Assembly (NCBI GenBank): GCA_963840945.1
Contig: CAWJAU010000007.1
Location: forward strand, 21,648 to 85,647
DNA: 64,000 nt
Direction of reading: 5' to 3'
Source of the DNA: an uncultured beta proteobacterium
GTDB taxonomy: Bacteria > Pseudomonadota > Gammaproteobacteria > Burkholderiales > Casimicrobiaceae
Shown here: piece after piece, positions 1 to 15,001 of the stretch
How the letters are laid out: each line of letters begins with the position of its first letter
Numbering within the stretch: position 1 is the first letter of the stretch
The notes under the pieces: model-generated
The model's database searches: none
What the model saw: only the letters and a program-made list of their open reading frames with translations
Told to the model about the DNA's origin: nothing
Translations under genes and position numbers: made by a program

Positions 1-959
1 ACCAACATCGGCACGCCATGGCTTGCGCACGAGTCGCTCGCGGCGCTGCGAGCCGGATGTCGTGTCCTGCACGATCCAGGGCAATGCCGACGGCTCGACC
101 GCCGTCGATTACACCGTGAACTGCGCGACCGGCTATCCGCCGGTCACCGGCGGCGGCTCTCTCGACGCAGCCGGTGAACCACGTCCTGCCCGCATGGGAC
201 ATCGCTTGCGCGTTCCAGGCCGCATTCGCGGTCGTCGCCGCAGTCGATCGGCGGCGGCGGACAGGCGAGGGCGCCGAGCTCAAGCTTGCGCTGTCGGACG
301 TCGCATTCTCGATGCTGTCGCATCTCGGCGTGCATCGCGGAGGCCGAGCTCCTGGGCGAGGAACGGCCGTCGATCGGCAACCACATCTATGGCGCATTCG
401 GCCGCGACTTCGGCACGGCTGATGGCAAGCGCGTGATGGTCGCGGCGATCTCGGCGGGTCAATGGACGTCGCTCGTGCGCGCGTGCGGCGTTGAGCAGCG
501 AGATCGCCGCGCTCGAAGCGTCGATGCAGCGCGACTTTTCACGCGAGGCGGACCGCTACGAGGCGCGCGATGCCATCGCCGCGCTCTTCGAGCCGTGGTT
601 CGCGGCGCGGCCGCTGAGCGAGATCGAGACGACGCTCGACGAGCATCGCGTCTGCTGGGGCTGTACCGACGGCGTGCGCGATCTGATCGCCAACGACCCA
701 CGCGTCGGCGCGCGGCAATCCGGTGTTCGAGCGGATGGAAACGCCGGGTGTGGGCACGCACCTCGCTGCGGGGACACCGGTTCGCGCGACCGGCGCGCCT
801 CCCGGCACGACGGCAGCCGCGCCTTTGCTCGGGCAACACACGGACGAGGTGCTGAGCGAGGTGCTGGGCCTCGACTCGGGCGCGATCGGCAGGCTGCACG
901 ACGAGAACATCGTCGCTGGTCCCGAACGCGATCCGACCGCGCACGGATCAAATACATAG
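1..959 (+). pseudogene. Family III CoA-transferase (CaiB/BaiF-like), 5'-partial, multiply frame-disrupted
   Basis: Homology passes through successive ORF-track frames: 'DVVSCTIQGNADGSTAVDYTVNCATGYPPVTGGG' (23..436), then 'NHVLPAWDIACAFQAAFAVVAAV..LALSDVAFSMLSHLG' (174..422), then 'GNHIYGAFGRDFGTADGKRVMVAAISAGQWTSLVRACG' (286..855), then 'EIAALEASMQRDFSREADRYEARDAIAALFEPWFAARPLSEIETTLDEHRVCWG' (491..1102), then 'FERMETPGVGTHLAAGTPVR..PLLGQHTDEVLSEVLGL' (723..959). That is at least 4-5 frame changes in under 1 kb. Confidence 0.75.
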
Positions 960-968
960 GAGGCCTTC

Positions 969-1094
969 ATGCCCATTCCAAGTTCTCGCCCGCTGGAGGG
1001 CATCAGAGTATTGGACCTGACGGTTGCCCTTTCCGGGCCGTACGCTGCGCTGCTGCTGGGCGGCATGGGCGCAGAAGTGTGGAAGGACCCGTGA
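969..1094 (+). pseudogene. N-terminal 41-codon stub of a second family III CoA-transferase
   Basis: ATG at 969 follows 'ataggagg'. It encodes '[41 protein letters not shown]', the canonical start of CaiB-type transferases, then TGA TAA. The rest of the gene is absent, because the GST gene starts at 1143. Confidence 0.55.
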
Positions 1095-1142
1095 TAACCT
1101 AGGTCCGGCAGGCGCTTCGGTGCTTGGATTTCCTCGGCGGAC

Positions 1143-1904
1143 ATGCTCAAACTCTATACGTTCAACATTTCGCACTTCGCCGAGAAGGCGCGCTGGACGC
1201 TCGACTACGAGGGCATCCCCTACGAGGAGAGGGTGCTGCTGCCGGGGCCGCATCTGCTTGTTACGCGCCGTATCACTCCGCGTACCCATGTGCCAGTGCT
1301 TGAGCACGATGGTCAGTACGTGCAGGGGTCGAGTGCGATCATCGACTACGTTGCTGATCGCCTCGGCGGCAGCAAGCTGACTGCGATCGATCCGACACAG
1401 CGGGCCAAGGCGCTCGAACTCGAGAAGACGCTCGACCAGGTGTTCGGCCGCGGCATGCAACAAGTCCTATATTCGGCGTTCTTGAAGGATCGGGCGACAG
1501 TGATCGATCTGTGGTCGTCCGGCGGTCCGTTCTGGGCACGCGGATTCTATGCCGTCGGATATCCGGTGGTGGCGTCCGCGGTGAAGCGCATGTACAAAAC
1601 CACTGACATTGAAGGTGTAGCCAAGGCCAAACGACGCTTCGTGACGACATTCGACGAACTTGACGTGGTGCTTGCGAAGCAGCCCTACCTCGGCGGCGAC
1701 GCACCGAATCGCTCGGACATCACGTTGGCTGCGCTGTTGGCGCCCGTGTGTCGAGTGCCGGAGCACCGAGTGAAGTGGCCGGCAATGCCCCCGGAGCTTG
1801 CGGACCTCGAAGCGAGCCTCAGCGGTCGACCGACCTGGAATCACGTATTGCGGATGTACCGCGACCACCGCAAGCCTAATCATTCGCACGCGGCCCGCGC
1901 GTAA
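1143..1904 (+). CDS. Glutathione S-transferase family protein
   Basis: Intact 253-aa ORF. It has a thioredoxin-like N-domain ('LYTFNISHFAEKARWTLDYEGIPYEE..VPVLEHDGQYVQGSSAIIDYV') and a helical C-domain ('LGGDAPNRSDITLAALLAP'). Confidence 0.85.
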   Translation: MLKLYTFNISHFAEKARWTLDYEGIPYEERVLLPGPHLLVTRRITPRTHVPVLEHDGQYVQGSSAIIDYVADRLGGSKLTAIDPTQRAKALELEKTLDQVFGRGMQQVLYSAFLKDRATVIDLWSSGGPFWARGFYAVGYPVVASAVKRMYKTTDIEGVAKAKRRFVTTFDELDVVLAKQPYLGGDAPNRSDITLAALLAPVCRVPEHRVKWPAMPPELADLEASLSGRPTWNHVLRMYRDHRKPNHSHAARA

Positions 1905-1912
1905 CCGGACCA

Positions 1913-2482
1913 TTGATGGAGATGTTCGACGCCTCCAGACTCTTCGCAGCTTGCCGCCCGGCATGCAGATACAGTACCCAAAGGGACCCCGTGAAACGAA
2001 ACTCCTCCGTCTATTCTTACTTCGTCCCATTCATGCTTTGGAGCAATCTAGGGACCAAGACTCTTGAGATGATGTTGGCCTCAGCCCAGGTTATCGCCCA
2101 TCGCAGCCGTCGGATGGCATTGGCGGGCCACACGCCAAACGCGCGTGACCGGCGCGAGTTCGCATTGATGGGACAGGAAAAGATTGAAGCGGGCGCGAAG
2201 TCGGCTCAGGCCATGGCGGTACACATGTTGTCCATGAGCCAGCCGTTGGGAGCGTTGGCGTACCGCGATTTCCTCCGCAACTACGCGGCGTTCATGTCGT
2301 TCGCCAGTAGTCGAACGGTCGGCCAGATGATCGCGCGGCAGGCGGCACTTGCGCGGACGCTGGGACAATCCGCGGTCAGCATCGCCGGCGGTTCGAAAAA
2401 CGTCACCAGGCTCGCACATCGCGGATTGAAGCCCATCCACGCCAAGGCCGTCGCGAATGCCAAACGCCTTGGAAAACACTGA
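1913..2482 (+). CDS. Hypothetical protein, possibly phasin-family-like (tentative)
   Basis: 189-aa ORF. The segment 'TLEMMLASAQVIAHRSRRMALAGHTPNARDRREFALMGQEKIEAGAKSAQAMA' resembles, from memory, proteobacterial proteins annotated as phasin family. The start is uncertain, and internal Met codons near 2063 are plausible. Confidence 0.45.
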   Translation: MMEMFDASRLFAACRPACRYSTQRDPVKRNSSVYSYFVPFMLWSNLGTKTLEMMLASAQVIAHRSRRMALAGHTPNARDRREFALMGQEKIEAGAKSAQAMAVHMLSMSQPLGALAYRDFLRNYAAFMSFASSRTVGQMIARQAALARTLGQSAVSIAGGSKNVTRLAHRGLKPIHAKAVANAKRLGKH

Positions 2483-2524
2483 AGGGTCTGAACGGGTTCC
2501 TCTTACCCCGCGTAAAATTGCCTC

Positions 2525-3701
2525 ATGGGTTGGGGAATCGAGAAATCGTTCGCTGTCGCACTGATCGCGTTGTTGGAAGGCTGCGCAGCGATCGAGGGGC
2601 CGACACCCACGCCGGGTTACCGGCCAATCAGCGCGGCGGAGGGGCGTGCTCTGGTCAGCCGCCTGCTGCCAGACGGCGTCAAGGATCGTGCGGGCTGGGC
2701 AACCGATATCTTCGCGGCTTTCGCTGCGCTCGATATCCCACCCACACCCGAGAACATCTGTGCCGCCGTCGCCGTGACGGCGCAGGAGTCGGGGTTTCAG
2801 GTTGACCCGGTGGTACCGGGGCTGGCGAGCATCGCGCGCAAGGAGATCGACAAGCGCCGCGAAAGCGCCGGCATTCCCAGGTTTGCCCTCGACGCCGCGC
2901 TGGCGATTCCCTCGGCCAATGGCAAGAGTTATAGCGAGCGACTGGACACCGCGAAGACCGAACAGCAACTGAGCGACGTGTACGAGGATTTCATCGGCCG
3001 GGTGCCGTTCGGCAAATCGTTGTTGGCCGATCGCAATCCGATTCGTACCGGCGGCCCGATGCAGGTCAGCATAGCGTTCGCCGAGACCTTTGCGGCGGCG
3101 CCTTACCCCTATCCGGTTTCGGGAACGATTCGACAGGAGGTGTTCACCCGCCGCGGCGGCATGTATTTCGGAATCGCCCACCTCCTCGACTATCCGGCCC
3201 CCTACGCGCGGCCGCTCTATCGCTTCGCCGACTTCAACGCGGGCCAGTATGCGAGCCGCAACGCGGCATTCCAGAATGCCGTAACCCAAGTGTCCGGGAT
3301 ACCGCTAAAGCTCGATGGCGATCTTCTCCGTTATGACCATGATCAACCTGCCCGCGAGCCGAGTAGCACGGAACTTGCGACACGTGTGCTGGCGCGTCGC
3401 ATCGACTTGAGCAACGAGGAGATTCGCCGCGATCTCGAACGCGGGAAGGCACAGAGCTTCGAGCAGACGCGGCTTTATGCCCGCGTCTTCGGACTTGCCG
3501 ATCAGCTGATTGGGGAAACCGGCACCGCGCGCGGTACTGCCGCAGATCGCGCTGCACAGCCCGAAAATCACGCGCAACCTCACCACCGACTGGTTCGCCA
3601 ATCGCGTCGAAAGTCGCTACCAGACCTGCCTGCGAGCGCCTTCCTGCCTGACGGTCATGAGGTTTTCCAGCCGGCGCTCCACTCGTCGTTCTCGTCGTTG
3701 A
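2525..3701 (+). pseudogene. DUF1615-family lipoprotein, one frame disruption near 3515
   Basis: Lipobox-like 'ALIALLEGCAAIEG', then 'VTAQESGFQVDP..NPIRTGGPMQVSIAFAE..YRFADFNAGQYASRNAAFQ'. Homology moves from the 2525..4063 frame to the 3510..3701 frame ('[36 protein letters not shown]') at a GGGG/AAA run. Confidence 0.7.
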
Positions 3702-4593
3702 AGAGTTGGGCAATCTGCTTGCGGATCCACTGGTTGCGCGAATCGTTGTGGAACTTGCGGTGCCAGTGCTGCTTCAGGTCGAAACCGGCGATGTCGAACG
3801 GCGGCCTCGCGATCACAAGCTCGGGGGACAAGCGCGAGAAATACAGGGCGAGCGCATGGGGTACCGTGGTGACGAGGTCCGACCGCGCGATGACCATCGG
3901 CAGACTCAGGAAATGCGGTGTCAGCAGCACGATCTTGCGGCGCATCTTCCTGCGTTCGAGGTACCGCTCGAAGATTTCCTGGCTGCGACCTTCCGCCCGC
4001 ACGACCGCGTGCTCCATCGCGAGAAATGTCTCGAGCGTAAGGCGCTTCGCCCGCAGCGGATGACCGGCACGCATCAGGCAGGCGAATTCATGCGTGAACA
4101 GGCGTTGCTGGAAAAACGACTGCCGCACGAGGTCGGGGAAATAGCCGATCGCCAGGTCTATCTCGCCCTTCTCCAGTCCCAGCGCCATCTGATCGGGCGG
4201 CATCGATACCGACTTGATCCCGGCGTTGGGCGCCTGCGAGCGCACATGCTCCAGGATGCGCGGCAGAAACACCATCTCGCCTACGTCCGACAGTGCGAAG
4301 GTGAACGGACGGGTGGTGACGCCGGGATCGAACTGCTCCTCCGCCAGTACCCCTGCCTGCACCTGTGTAACGAGGGGTCGCACGACGGCGACGAGCGCGT
4401 GCGTACGGGGAGTCGGCGTCATCCCGTGCGGTGCGCGTACGAACAACGGATCGTTGAATGTGCCGCGCATTTTTCGCAGCGCCATGCTCACGGCGGGTTG
4501 GCTCATGCCGAGCGCCTGTGCAGCACGGCTGACACTCAACTCGTCGTAGAGAGCGAGCAGGATCGGGAATAAATTGAGATCGACCTGATTCAT
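3655..4593 (-). CDS. LysR-family transcriptional regulator
   Basis: Within ORF 3655..4773. The start is placed at Met 61 (cat at 4591-4593), giving '[43 protein letters not shown]' (wHTH) followed by a LysR substrate-binding domain. Confidence 0.9.
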   Translation of the reverse strand: MNQVDLNLFPILLALYDELSVSRAAQALGMSQPAVSMALRKMRGTFNDPLFVRAPHGMTPTPRTHALVAVVRPLVTQVQAGVLAEEQFDPGVTTRPFTFALSDVGEMVFLPRILEHVRSQAPNAGIKSVSMPPDQMALGLEKGEIDLAIGYFPDLVRQSFFQQRLFTHEFACLMRAGHPLRAKRLTLETFLAMEHAVVRAEGRSQEIFERYLERRKMRRKIVLLTPHFLSLPMVIARSDLVTTVPHALALYFSRLSPELVIARPPFDIAGFDLKQHWHRKFHNDSRNQWIRKQIAQLFNDENDEWSAGWKTS

Positions 4594-4815
4594 GACGCGG
4601 AAGGTGATATTCGAAATCCTGATACAAAGTATTCGCAACGACGTCTTGAAATCGAATGACATTACACGAATCATGCGTGCGCTTGGCATCGGAAAGACGA
4701 AGAAGGCCGCATCGCAGCGGCGTCCGGCGCCCGAAGGGGTGGGATCCTTGCGCTCAGGAGCGCAGTCATTCAATCAACCGGCCTCGCATGCAAGCTGGCT
4801 GGGAACGGAGGAAAC

Positions 4816-6463
4816 ATGTCGAAGGTAACCTTGTCATCGGGGATGGCGTCGGTCCGGCCGTGCTGGAGTCGCCGTGCCGTAGCGGCCGCGGCGATACTCG
4901 CCGCATCGACGTTTGCGGCCGGCGCAAACGCACAGTCTCCCATCACGACCTGCGATGCCGCTGGCATCGGCTCGGTGCCGTTGTTCGGCGACGGGCCGCC
5001 GGTCACCATCCTTTCGGCGACCCCGGCGGTCACGCCCGCGCCTGCCTCGGTCCCGTACTGCCTGGTCAGGCTACTCGTGCCGACGGCAATCAATATCTGG
5101 GTCGGCCTGCCGAACAACTGGAACGGTCGCTGGCAATCGTTGGGCGGCGGCGGCTACGCGGGATCGGTGTCGGCGCCAACCGAGGCGGTGAATGGCGGTT
5201 ACGCCGGCGCAACGACGGATACCGGACACACGGGCGGCAGCGGCACTTTTGGCTGCGTGAACGACTGCGTGGGCAATAGCGCGAGCAACCCCGGCCAGCC
5301 AAACGTACCGCTGCAGGTCGACTTCGCCGTCCGTTCCGAACACCTGATGGCCTACCTCGGGAAGCAACTCGTGAAGCGGTACTACGGCCGGCCGGTCATA
5401 GCCTCGTATTGGAACGGCTGCTCGACCGGCGGCCGCCAGGGCTTGCGGATTGCGCAAGACTTTCCGTATGACTACGACGGGATCCTGGCAGGCGCGCCAG
5501 CGGTTCACTGGGATCGCTTCCAGGCCGGTCAGATCTGGTATCAAACGGTCATGTACCAGGACAACGGCGGACCTGTTTCGACCGCGAAGCAGCAGCTCGC
5601 TACGACGAGAGCGGTGGCCGCTTGCGATGCGCTCGACGGCGTCGTGGACGGTGTGCTCACCGATCCCAGGCAGTGCCAGTACAGCGCGGCAGCCGATGCA
5701 ACCATTACCAGGGCGTCTTGTGCAGCGACCGACAACACGTGTCTCAGGCCGACCGAGGCGTCGGCAATCGACAAGATGTGGCAGGGGCCGGTGAGCTGCG
5801 CCGGCGGCTCCAGCGGCGCTTGTACCGTGCCTGATGTGGCTACGCGCGATCTGAGCGGTGGCGGCAACAAGCGGCTGTGGTATGGCGACACGCCGGGTAC
5901 CAATTTGGGCGGACTCGCCGGGGCAAACCCGTTCGCGATCGCCGTTGCGCAACCGCGCTACTGGGTCTACTTCGATCCGACCTGGGACTTTCGCACGCTG
6001 AACTACGGGAACTATCTGCAGTTCTTCAGGGACACGGTGGCGCAGGTGGGACCCGATCATGGCGTCCGACAATCCGAACCTCGCGACTTTCCGCGACCAC
6101 GGCGGCAAGATCGTGATGTGGCACGGTTTCGCCGATCAGCTCATCGTGCCTGAGGGAACCATCGACTATTACGATGCCGTCACCGGAAGGCTCGGCGGCG
6201 GCTACGCGCAGACCCAGCAATTCGCGCGATTGTTCATGGCGCCCGGCGTCGGACACTGTGGTGGCGGAAACGGTCCGCAACCCCAAGGGCTGTTCCAAGC
6301 GGTGGTCGACTGGGTCGAGCATAATCGGCCGCCGGAAACGATCCTGGCCTCGCGGACAGTCTCCGGAGTGACGCAGACGCGGCCGTTGTGTCCGTATCCG
6401 GCGCTCGCGCGCTACACCGGCAGCGGAGACCCGGACAACGCCGCAAATTTCGTCTGCCAATAG
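4816..6463 (+). pseudogene. Tannase/feruloyl-esterase family hydrolase, one frame disruption near 6053
   Basis: RBS 'ggagga' before ATG 4816 and a signal peptide. 'YWNGCSTGGRQGL' is the nucleophile elbow GCSxGG. The C-terminal part continues in ORF 6059..6463 ('FRDHGGKIVMWHGFADQLIVP..FMAPGVGHCGGG'). The shift is at a CCC run. Confidence 0.8.
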
Positions 6464-6510
6464 CGCAACCGCAACTCCCAAACGCTCCGCGTCTTTGTCG
6501 CGCTCGATGA

Positions 6511-9052
<2,542 letters not shown>

Positions 9053-9236
9053 GCCCGTCGCACATGCCGACAGACGGTTGGTTTCGCATGGATCTGTGAT
9101 TCTGTTCATGAATGCCGCGAGCTATCGCTGAGGGAAAAGACCTCGACTGCGCGATCGCGACCGCGCACTTGGAGAGCGCCGATCGCGACCGCATCCGCGG
9201 CGCTCGATCGCGCAGACTCGAACGTCGTTCCACAGA

Positions 9237-10426
9237 TCAGGCACCGGTCTCGTACTCCTTGTTCAACTGCTCGAGCCGCTGCGCCAGGTTCACGGTGTCA
9301 CCATAGAGCGTGTAGGTCTGGCGCTCAGCGCCGCCGACGATGCCGGTTGCGACCGACCCGGTAGCGACACCGATGCGCAGGCGAATCGACGGCCCTCGAA
9401 ATCGCGTGCCGAGACGAGCGATAGCAGGTCGCGGGCAGCACTCACGGCGCGTGCCGGATAGTCCTCGATGGGAAGCGGCGCATTGAACGCCGCGATCAGG
9501 GCGTCGCCGACATAGTTGACGACCACGCCACCATGCTTGTCGACGAGGCCCGCTGCCGCACCGAAGAAGCTGTTCAGCAACGCGATGACATCCGAAGGCG
9601 CCAGGGATTCCGAGAGAAGCGTGAATCCCTCGATGTCGGCAAAGAGCACGCTCGCTTCGCGGGTCTGCGGCGCGAGCTGGCCGGAACCAATGAGCTGCTC
9701 GGCGACCTGCGCGGGCACGTAGCGTCCAAAGAGCCGCTGGATCCGGCCCCGCTCCATCTCGACGACGGCATGCGCGCGTACCACAGCGCGCGCCCGGTGG
9801 ACAGCAAGGGCGACGATGGCTGTCACCAATGCAATCTTCACGCTGTCGCTGATGCGAACCGAGATGGGAAGGAAGGCGGGATCGAGAACGACGGACAGAA
9901 AAGCCTCGCGCGACGGGGACGGCGGCAGATCTGCAAAGCTGATGACGTGGTCCATGCCGGCCACGATCCAGGCCGTGGCACCGGCGAGACCGACTATTGA
10001 GCAAAGGCCCGTCCAGAGGACGAGAGCGGGCGATAGTGCCAGGACGGAGATCGCCACGACGACGAAGTAGTAGTCGCCACGGCTGGAGAGAAAGACCAGG
10101 TTCTGAGGTATGTCGCCACCGCTGCTGATCGGTGCGAGAGCAAGTATGGCGCTGAGCACCGCCGCGTCGAAGGCGAACAAGGCGAAGCGCCCGACTGCGC
10201 TCATAGGGACCGCCGACCAACCCGAGTGGCGCGAGGCCGACTGAGCGGCGGCCGCGATCAGCCCCGCTGTGTAGACGTTGTTCGGATAGCCGTAAAGTCC
10301 CAGGTAGAAGAAGGCGATCGAAACGAGGGCGCAGGCCCGGCCGATTACGGCCAGCCGGAACCCCTTGCGTTCCGCGTCAGCGAGCGAAGCCTCGACCGCG
10401 GGCGACTGGGGCTCATCCGTGCGCAT
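9237..10426 (-). pseudogene. Membrane-anchored class III adenylate/guanylate cyclase, one frame disruption near 9395
   Basis: A multi-TM N-terminus is followed by 'SVLFADIEGFTLLSESL..GGVVVNYVGDALIAAFNAP' (9290..11626 frame). It ends in 'IRLRIGVATGSVATGIVGGAERQTYTLYGDTVNLAQRLE' (9237..10220 frame). Confidence 0.8.
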
Positions 10427-10533
10427 CAGATGACGGATATCGAGGCGCCACCAACGTCTTTGGTCGGCGAAGTTGTCGGCATCACACGTTGCATCGTCGC
10501 TTTCTGAGAGGAGCGCTTCTCGGACGTTGGCGA

Positions 10534-11446
10534 TCAACGCCTCTTCGTGGCCTTGGCCGGCACCCGGATCACGTCGATGAACGCCGCGAGTGCAGGGGAT
10601 ACTTGGCGCTGACCTGGGTAATAAAGAAAGAAGCCGGGAAACGGCGGGCACCAGTCGTCGAGTACCCTGGCGAGTGTCCCCGTCCTGGACTAGCGAGTCA
10701 ATCTGGTCCTCGATCAGGTACGCAAGGCCCACACCAGCCAGCGCGGCTTCGATGACGATGCCTTCATCGCCGGAGATGAGTGGCCCTTCCACACCCACCT
10801 CCATGCTGCGGTGTGCTTTCTTGAACTCCCATTTGTAGATCGTGCCGGCCGAGGGCAGCCTGAAATTGATGCAGCGGTGTTGACGGAGGTCATGAGGCGT
10901 TGACGGTGCCGGATGTGCCCTGAAGTATTGCGGAGACCCCACGACGGCCATCCGAAGTGGTCCCGTCACCGGCACGGCCACCACGTCCTTCTCGAGGGAC
11001 TCGCCAAGGCGAATGCCGGCGTCGAACCGCTGCGCGACGATGTTGGTCAGAGCAGCGTCGACGAGGATTTCGACAACGATCTCAGGATAGCTCTGGGTAA
11101 ACCGGTGCAGGATGGGCGCTACGACCATTCGAGCGGCACTCCGGGATGCGGTAATCCGGAGAAGGCCCGAGGGGCGGTCGAGCAAACGCCCCAGATCCTC
11201 GACCGCCCCGGAAATCTCCTCGATCGCGGGACGAAGACGCGCAAGCAGCCTTTCGCCCGCCTCCGTCGTCGAGACGCTTCGGGTGCTTCGCGCGAGCAGC
11301 TTGATGCGCAGCCGCTCCTCGAGCCGACGCAGTGTATGGCTGAGCGCCGACGGCGATACGCCGAGTCGCGCGGCGGCTCGCGTGAAGCTGCGCTCTTCCG
11401 CGACGATGGCGAACGCGGCCAAGCTGCCCCAATCTTCGCGGTCCAT
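10534..11446 (-). pseudogene. LysR-family transcriptional regulator, one frame disruption near 10680
   Basis: 'LAAFAIVAEERSFTRAAARLGVSPSALSHTLRRLEERL' and a substrate-binding domain. After 'LVQDG' the expected C-terminus 'TLARVLDDWCPPFPGFFLYYPGQRQVSPALAAFIDVIR' lies in another frame. The shift is at a GGGG/CCCC run. Confidence 0.8.
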
Positions 11447-11555
11447 TCTTGATAATTCCTCAATACCCCATGCGAATTCTACCTCTTTATCGATGTTATC
11501 CGAGCGCGCATCATTGCCTTCAGGACCAGAGAGCTTCGGCCTTCGACGGGAATAG

Positions 11556-11726
<171 letters not shown>

Positions 11727-11769
11727 TGAACATCGCGAGCGGGCTTGAATCACGCAACGGAGACCAGAA

Positions 11770-12249
11770 ATGATTTCACTGAACGTCAATGGCAACGTTG
11801 TCCAGGCGGACGCCGACGGCGACACGCCGCTGCTCTGGGTGCTGCGCGACTACCTGGACATGACCGGAACGAAGTTCGGCTGCGGCATCGCGTTGTGCGG
11901 CGCGTGCACTGTGCATATCGACGGCAAGCCGGCGCGAAGCTGCGTCACACCGGTGTCCGCCGTCGCCGGCAAGAAAATCGCGACCGTGGAGAAGATCGGC
12001 GAAACCCGCGTCGGCAAGTTGGTCCAGGCGGCGTGGGCCGCTGAGAACGTTCCGCAGTGCGGCTATTGCCAATCCGGCCAAGTGATGGCAGCCACGGCGC
12101 TGCTCGCGGCCATCCCCGCGCCAACCGACGCGGACATCGACGCCGCCATGAGCGGCAACATCTGCCGCTGCGCCACCTACCCTCGCATCCGCGCCGCGAT
12201 CAAGCGCGCCGCGAAGGAAGCAGGAATGAATGCGAAGGAGCAGGCATGA
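11770..12249 (+). CDS. (2Fe-2S)-binding small subunit of a molybdopterin hydroxylase (IorA/aldehyde dehydrogenase small-subunit type)
   Basis: '[16 protein letters not shown]' and '[21 protein letters not shown]' are the two [2Fe-2S] Cys clusters. The ORF is intact at 159 aa. Confidence 0.92.
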   Translation: MISLNVNGNVVQADADGDTPLLWVLRDYLDMTGTKFGCGIALCGACTVHIDGKPARSCVTPVSAVAGKKIATVEKIGETRVGKLVQAAWAAENVPQCGYCQSGQVMAATALLAAIPAPTDADIDAAMSGNICRCATYPRIRAAIKRAAKEAGMNAKEQA

Positions 12250-14426
12250 ACACCATCCTCAACCTGAGCCGCCGCGAGTTCCTCAAGGCGTCGGGCGGCC
12301 TCGCCCTGGGATTTCATCTTCCGCAATCGTTAGCGCAGTCGGGACCGGGAAGAACCGTAAACACCGATCTTGCGAACGCCTTCTCGCCGAACGCCTTTGT
12401 TCGGATCAGCCCGGACAACACGGTCACCGTGATCGTGAAGCACCTCGAGATGGGGCAGGGTACGTACACTGGCCTGCCCACGCTGGTTGCCGAGGAGCTG
12501 GATGCCGACTGGTCGCAGATCCGCGCCGAGGGCGCGCCGGCCGACGCGAAGCGATACAACAATCTCTTCTGGGGCGAGGCGCAGGGCACAGGCGGCAGCA
12601 CCGCGCTCGCCAATTCCTACGAGCAGCTCCGCAAGGCCGGGGCCGCGGCGCGCGCCATGCTGGTTGCCGCGGCCGCCGAGAAGTGGCAGGTGCCGGCATC
12701 GGAGATCAAGGTTTCCAGAGGAACTGTCTCTTCGAAAAACAAAAAAGCGACCTTCGGCGAGCTCGCTGCGGACGCGGGGAAGCAACCCGTGCCGGCCGAC
12801 GTGAAGCTGAAGGACCCGAAGGACTTCGTTCTCATCGGCAAGCCCGCGGCGCGCACCGACGCGCGCGCGAAGTCGAACGGCAGCGCGATCTTCACGCAGG
12901 ACGTGAAGCTTCCCGGCATGCTGACGGCAGTTGTCCTGCATCCGCCGCGCTTCGGCGCGAAGTTGAAGAGCTTCGATGCGGCAAGAGCGAAGCAGATCAA
13001 GGGGGTCGAACAGGTCGTGGCCTTTTCCACTCCGGCGACGAACGGCGTCGCGGTCTTGGCGAAGGACTACTGGACCGCGAAGAGAGGCCGCGATGCGCTT
13101 AGCGCGGAATGGGACGAGTCCGCCGCTTTCCGCCTCGGATCTGCGGAAGTCATGAACGAGTACAAAAGCCTTGCGGCGACGCCGGGCTTGAGCGCGCGCA
13201 AGGAGGGGGACCCCGACGTGGCCCTGAAGGGCGCGGCGAAGACCCTCGAAGCCGCTTACGAATTCCCCTTCCTAGCGCACGCCAGCATGGAGCCCATGAA
13301 CTGCGTCGTGAAGCTCGACGGCGGCGGTTGCGAGATCTGGAACGGCGAGCAGTTCCACACCGTGGACCAGGCGGTGGTGGCGAAGTTTCTGGGTCTGGAC
13401 GCGGGGCAGGTCAGCATCCATCAGCTCTACGCAGGCGGCAGCTTCGGCCGGCGCGCCAACCCCAAGTCCGACTTCGTGCTCGAGGCCGCCGCGATCGCCA
13501 AGGCGACCAACGGTGCCGCGCCGGTGAAGCTCGTCTGGGGACGCGAGGACGACATGCGCGCCGGCTTCTACCGGCCGATGTACTACCACACGCTCAAGGC
13601 GGGCCTCGACACGCAGGGCAACCTCGTTGCCTGGAAGCACGTCATCGTCGGACAGTCGATCCTCACTGGCACCGCCTTCGAACCGATGATGGTGAAGAAC
13701 GGCATCGACGGCACCTCGGTCGAAGGCGCCGCCAACCTGCCCTATGCCATTCCGAACCTCGCGGTGGAGTTGCACACGCCCACGATCGGCGTGCCTGTGC
13801 AGTGGTGGCGCTCGGTCGGCTCGACCCACACCGCCTTTGCCACCGAGTGCTTCCTCGACGAGATCGCGCGCGAGGCGAAGAAGGATCCGTTCGAGTTGCG
13901 CCGCGCGCTGCTGGCCAAGCACCCGCGCCACAAGGCTGCGCTAGAGCTTGCCGCGCAAAAGGCCGGCTGGGGCAAACCGAAGACAGGCGTCAGCCGCGGC
14001 ATCGCCGTGCACGAATCCTTCAACACCATCGTTGCCCAGGTGGTCGAAATTTCCGGAAGAGAATCCTCCCTTAAGCTCGAGAGAGTGATCTGCGCGGTGG
14101 ATTGCGGCGTGGCGGTCAACCCAAACATCATCGCCATGCAGATGGAGTCCGGCATCGGCTTCGGACTGTCCGCCGCCCTCACCGGCGCCATCACCCTGAA
14201 GGAAGGTGTCGTCGAGCAGTCCAACTTCCACGACTACCCCGTGCTGCGCATGAACCAGATGCCGAAGATCGAAGTCTTCATCGTGCCTTCGAAGGAAAAG
14301 CCCACCGGTGTCGGCGAGCCCGGCACGCCCGTGATCGCGCCCGCCCTCGCGAACGCGATCCTGGCGATGCGCGGCAAGCCCATCCGCGCGCTTCCGATGT
14401 CCACGCAAGGAGTTACGTTCGTATGA
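12246..14426 (+). CDS. Molybdopterin-binding large subunit (IorB / xanthine dehydrogenase family)
   Basis: ATGA overlap with the small-subunit gene. Tat-type signal '[15 protein letters not shown]'. It is about 726 aa and collinear with its paralog at 53891..56083 ('GSFGRR', 'WWRSVG..HTAFA.ECF.DE', '[18 protein letters not shown]'). Confidence 0.92.
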   Translation: MNTILNLSRREFLKASGGLALGFHLPQSLAQSGPGRTVNTDLANAFSPNAFVRISPDNTVTVIVKHLEMGQGTYTGLPTLVAEELDADWSQIRAEGAPADAKRYNNLFWGEAQGTGGSTALANSYEQLRKAGAAARAMLVAAAAEKWQVPASEIKVSRGTVSSKNKKATFGELAADAGKQPVPADVKLKDPKDFVLIGKPAARTDARAKSNGSAIFTQDVKLPGMLTAVVLHPPRFGAKLKSFDAARAKQIKGVEQVVAFSTPATNGVAVLAKDYWTAKRGRDALSAEWDESAAFRLGSAEVMNEYKSLAATPGLSARKEGDPDVALKGAAKTLEAAYEFPFLAHASMEPMNCVVKLDGGGCEIWNGEQFHTVDQAVVAKFLGLDAGQVSIHQLYAGGSFGRRANPKSDFVLEAAAIAKATNGAAPVKLVWGREDDMRAGFYRPMYYHTLKAGLDTQGNLVAWKHVIVGQSILTGTAFEPMMVKNGIDGTSVEGAANLPYAIPNLAVELHTPTIGVPVQWWRSVGSTHTAFATECFLDEIAREAKKDPFELRRALLAKHPRHKAALELAAQKAGWGKPKTGVSRGIAVHESFNTIVAQVVEISGRESSLKLERVICAVDCGVAVNPNIIAMQMESGIGFGLSAALTGAITLKEGVVEQSNFHDYPVLRMNQMPKIEVFIVPSKEKPTGVGEPGTPVIAPALANAILAMRGKPIRALPMSTQGVTFV

Positions 14427-15001
14427 CGCTGAGCGCACTAACCATCGCACTCGCGGCTTGCACATCGATCGCCGCCTTCAGCGCCGCAACCCACGCGCAG
14501 GATCGCGCGCAGGCGGTGCGCGCGTTCGAAACCGTCCGGGAAGTGCTGCAGCACCCGCGCTGCCAGAACTGTCACATCCCGGGGAACGCGCCGCTTCAAT
14601 ACGACCAGGGCCTGCCGCATGCGATGAATGTCCAGCGCGGCCGCGACGGCTTCGGCACCGTGGGGATGAACTGCAGCGGCTGTCATCAGACTCAGAACCT
14701 TCCCGCCGAGTACGGTCTGCGCGCGCCGCCCGGCGCGCCGAACTGGCACCTGCCGCCCGAGAGCATGAAGATGGTCTTCATCAATTTGCCCTCGGCCGAA
14801 CTGTGCCGCGTGCTCAAGGACCCCAAGCGCAACGGCGGCAAATCCCCCGAACAGCTCGTCAAGCATGTGGCCGAAGACAAGCTCGTGCTCTGGGGTTGGG
14901 AGCCCGGCGGCCAGCGCGCGCCGGTGTCCGTCTCTCACGCGCAATTCGTGGGCGCGTTCAAGGATTGGGTATCGGGCGGCATGCCCTGCCCGGCGCGGTA
15001 G
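14423..15001 (+). CDS. Dihaem c-type cytochrome, putative third subunit of the hydroxylase
   Basis: ATGA overlap with 12246..14426. It has a signal peptide and two CxxCH motifs ('CQNCH', 'CSGCH') in 192 aa. Confidence 0.75.
   Translation: MTLSALTIALAACTSIAAFSAATHAQDRAQAVRAFETVREVLQHPRCQNCHIPGNAPLQYDQGLPHAMNVQRGRDGFGTVGMNCSGCHQTQNLPAEYGLRAPPGAPNWHLPPESMKMVFINLPSAELCRVLKDPKRNGGKSPEQLVKHVAEDKLVLWGWEPGGQRAPVSVSHAQFVGAFKDWVSGGMPCPAR

Noticed and set aside
2081-3289. Long antisense or overlapping ORFs throughout the track, for example 2081..3289(-), 5071..6108(-), 32447..34300(-), 49539..50807(-), 54116..56068(-), 25164..26645(+) and 57767..58777(-).
   Set aside because: They lie opposite genes with clear family motifs. 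Their translations are Arg/Ala/Pro/Gly-rich with no recognisable domains, and such stop-free antisense frames are expected in ~65% GC DNA.
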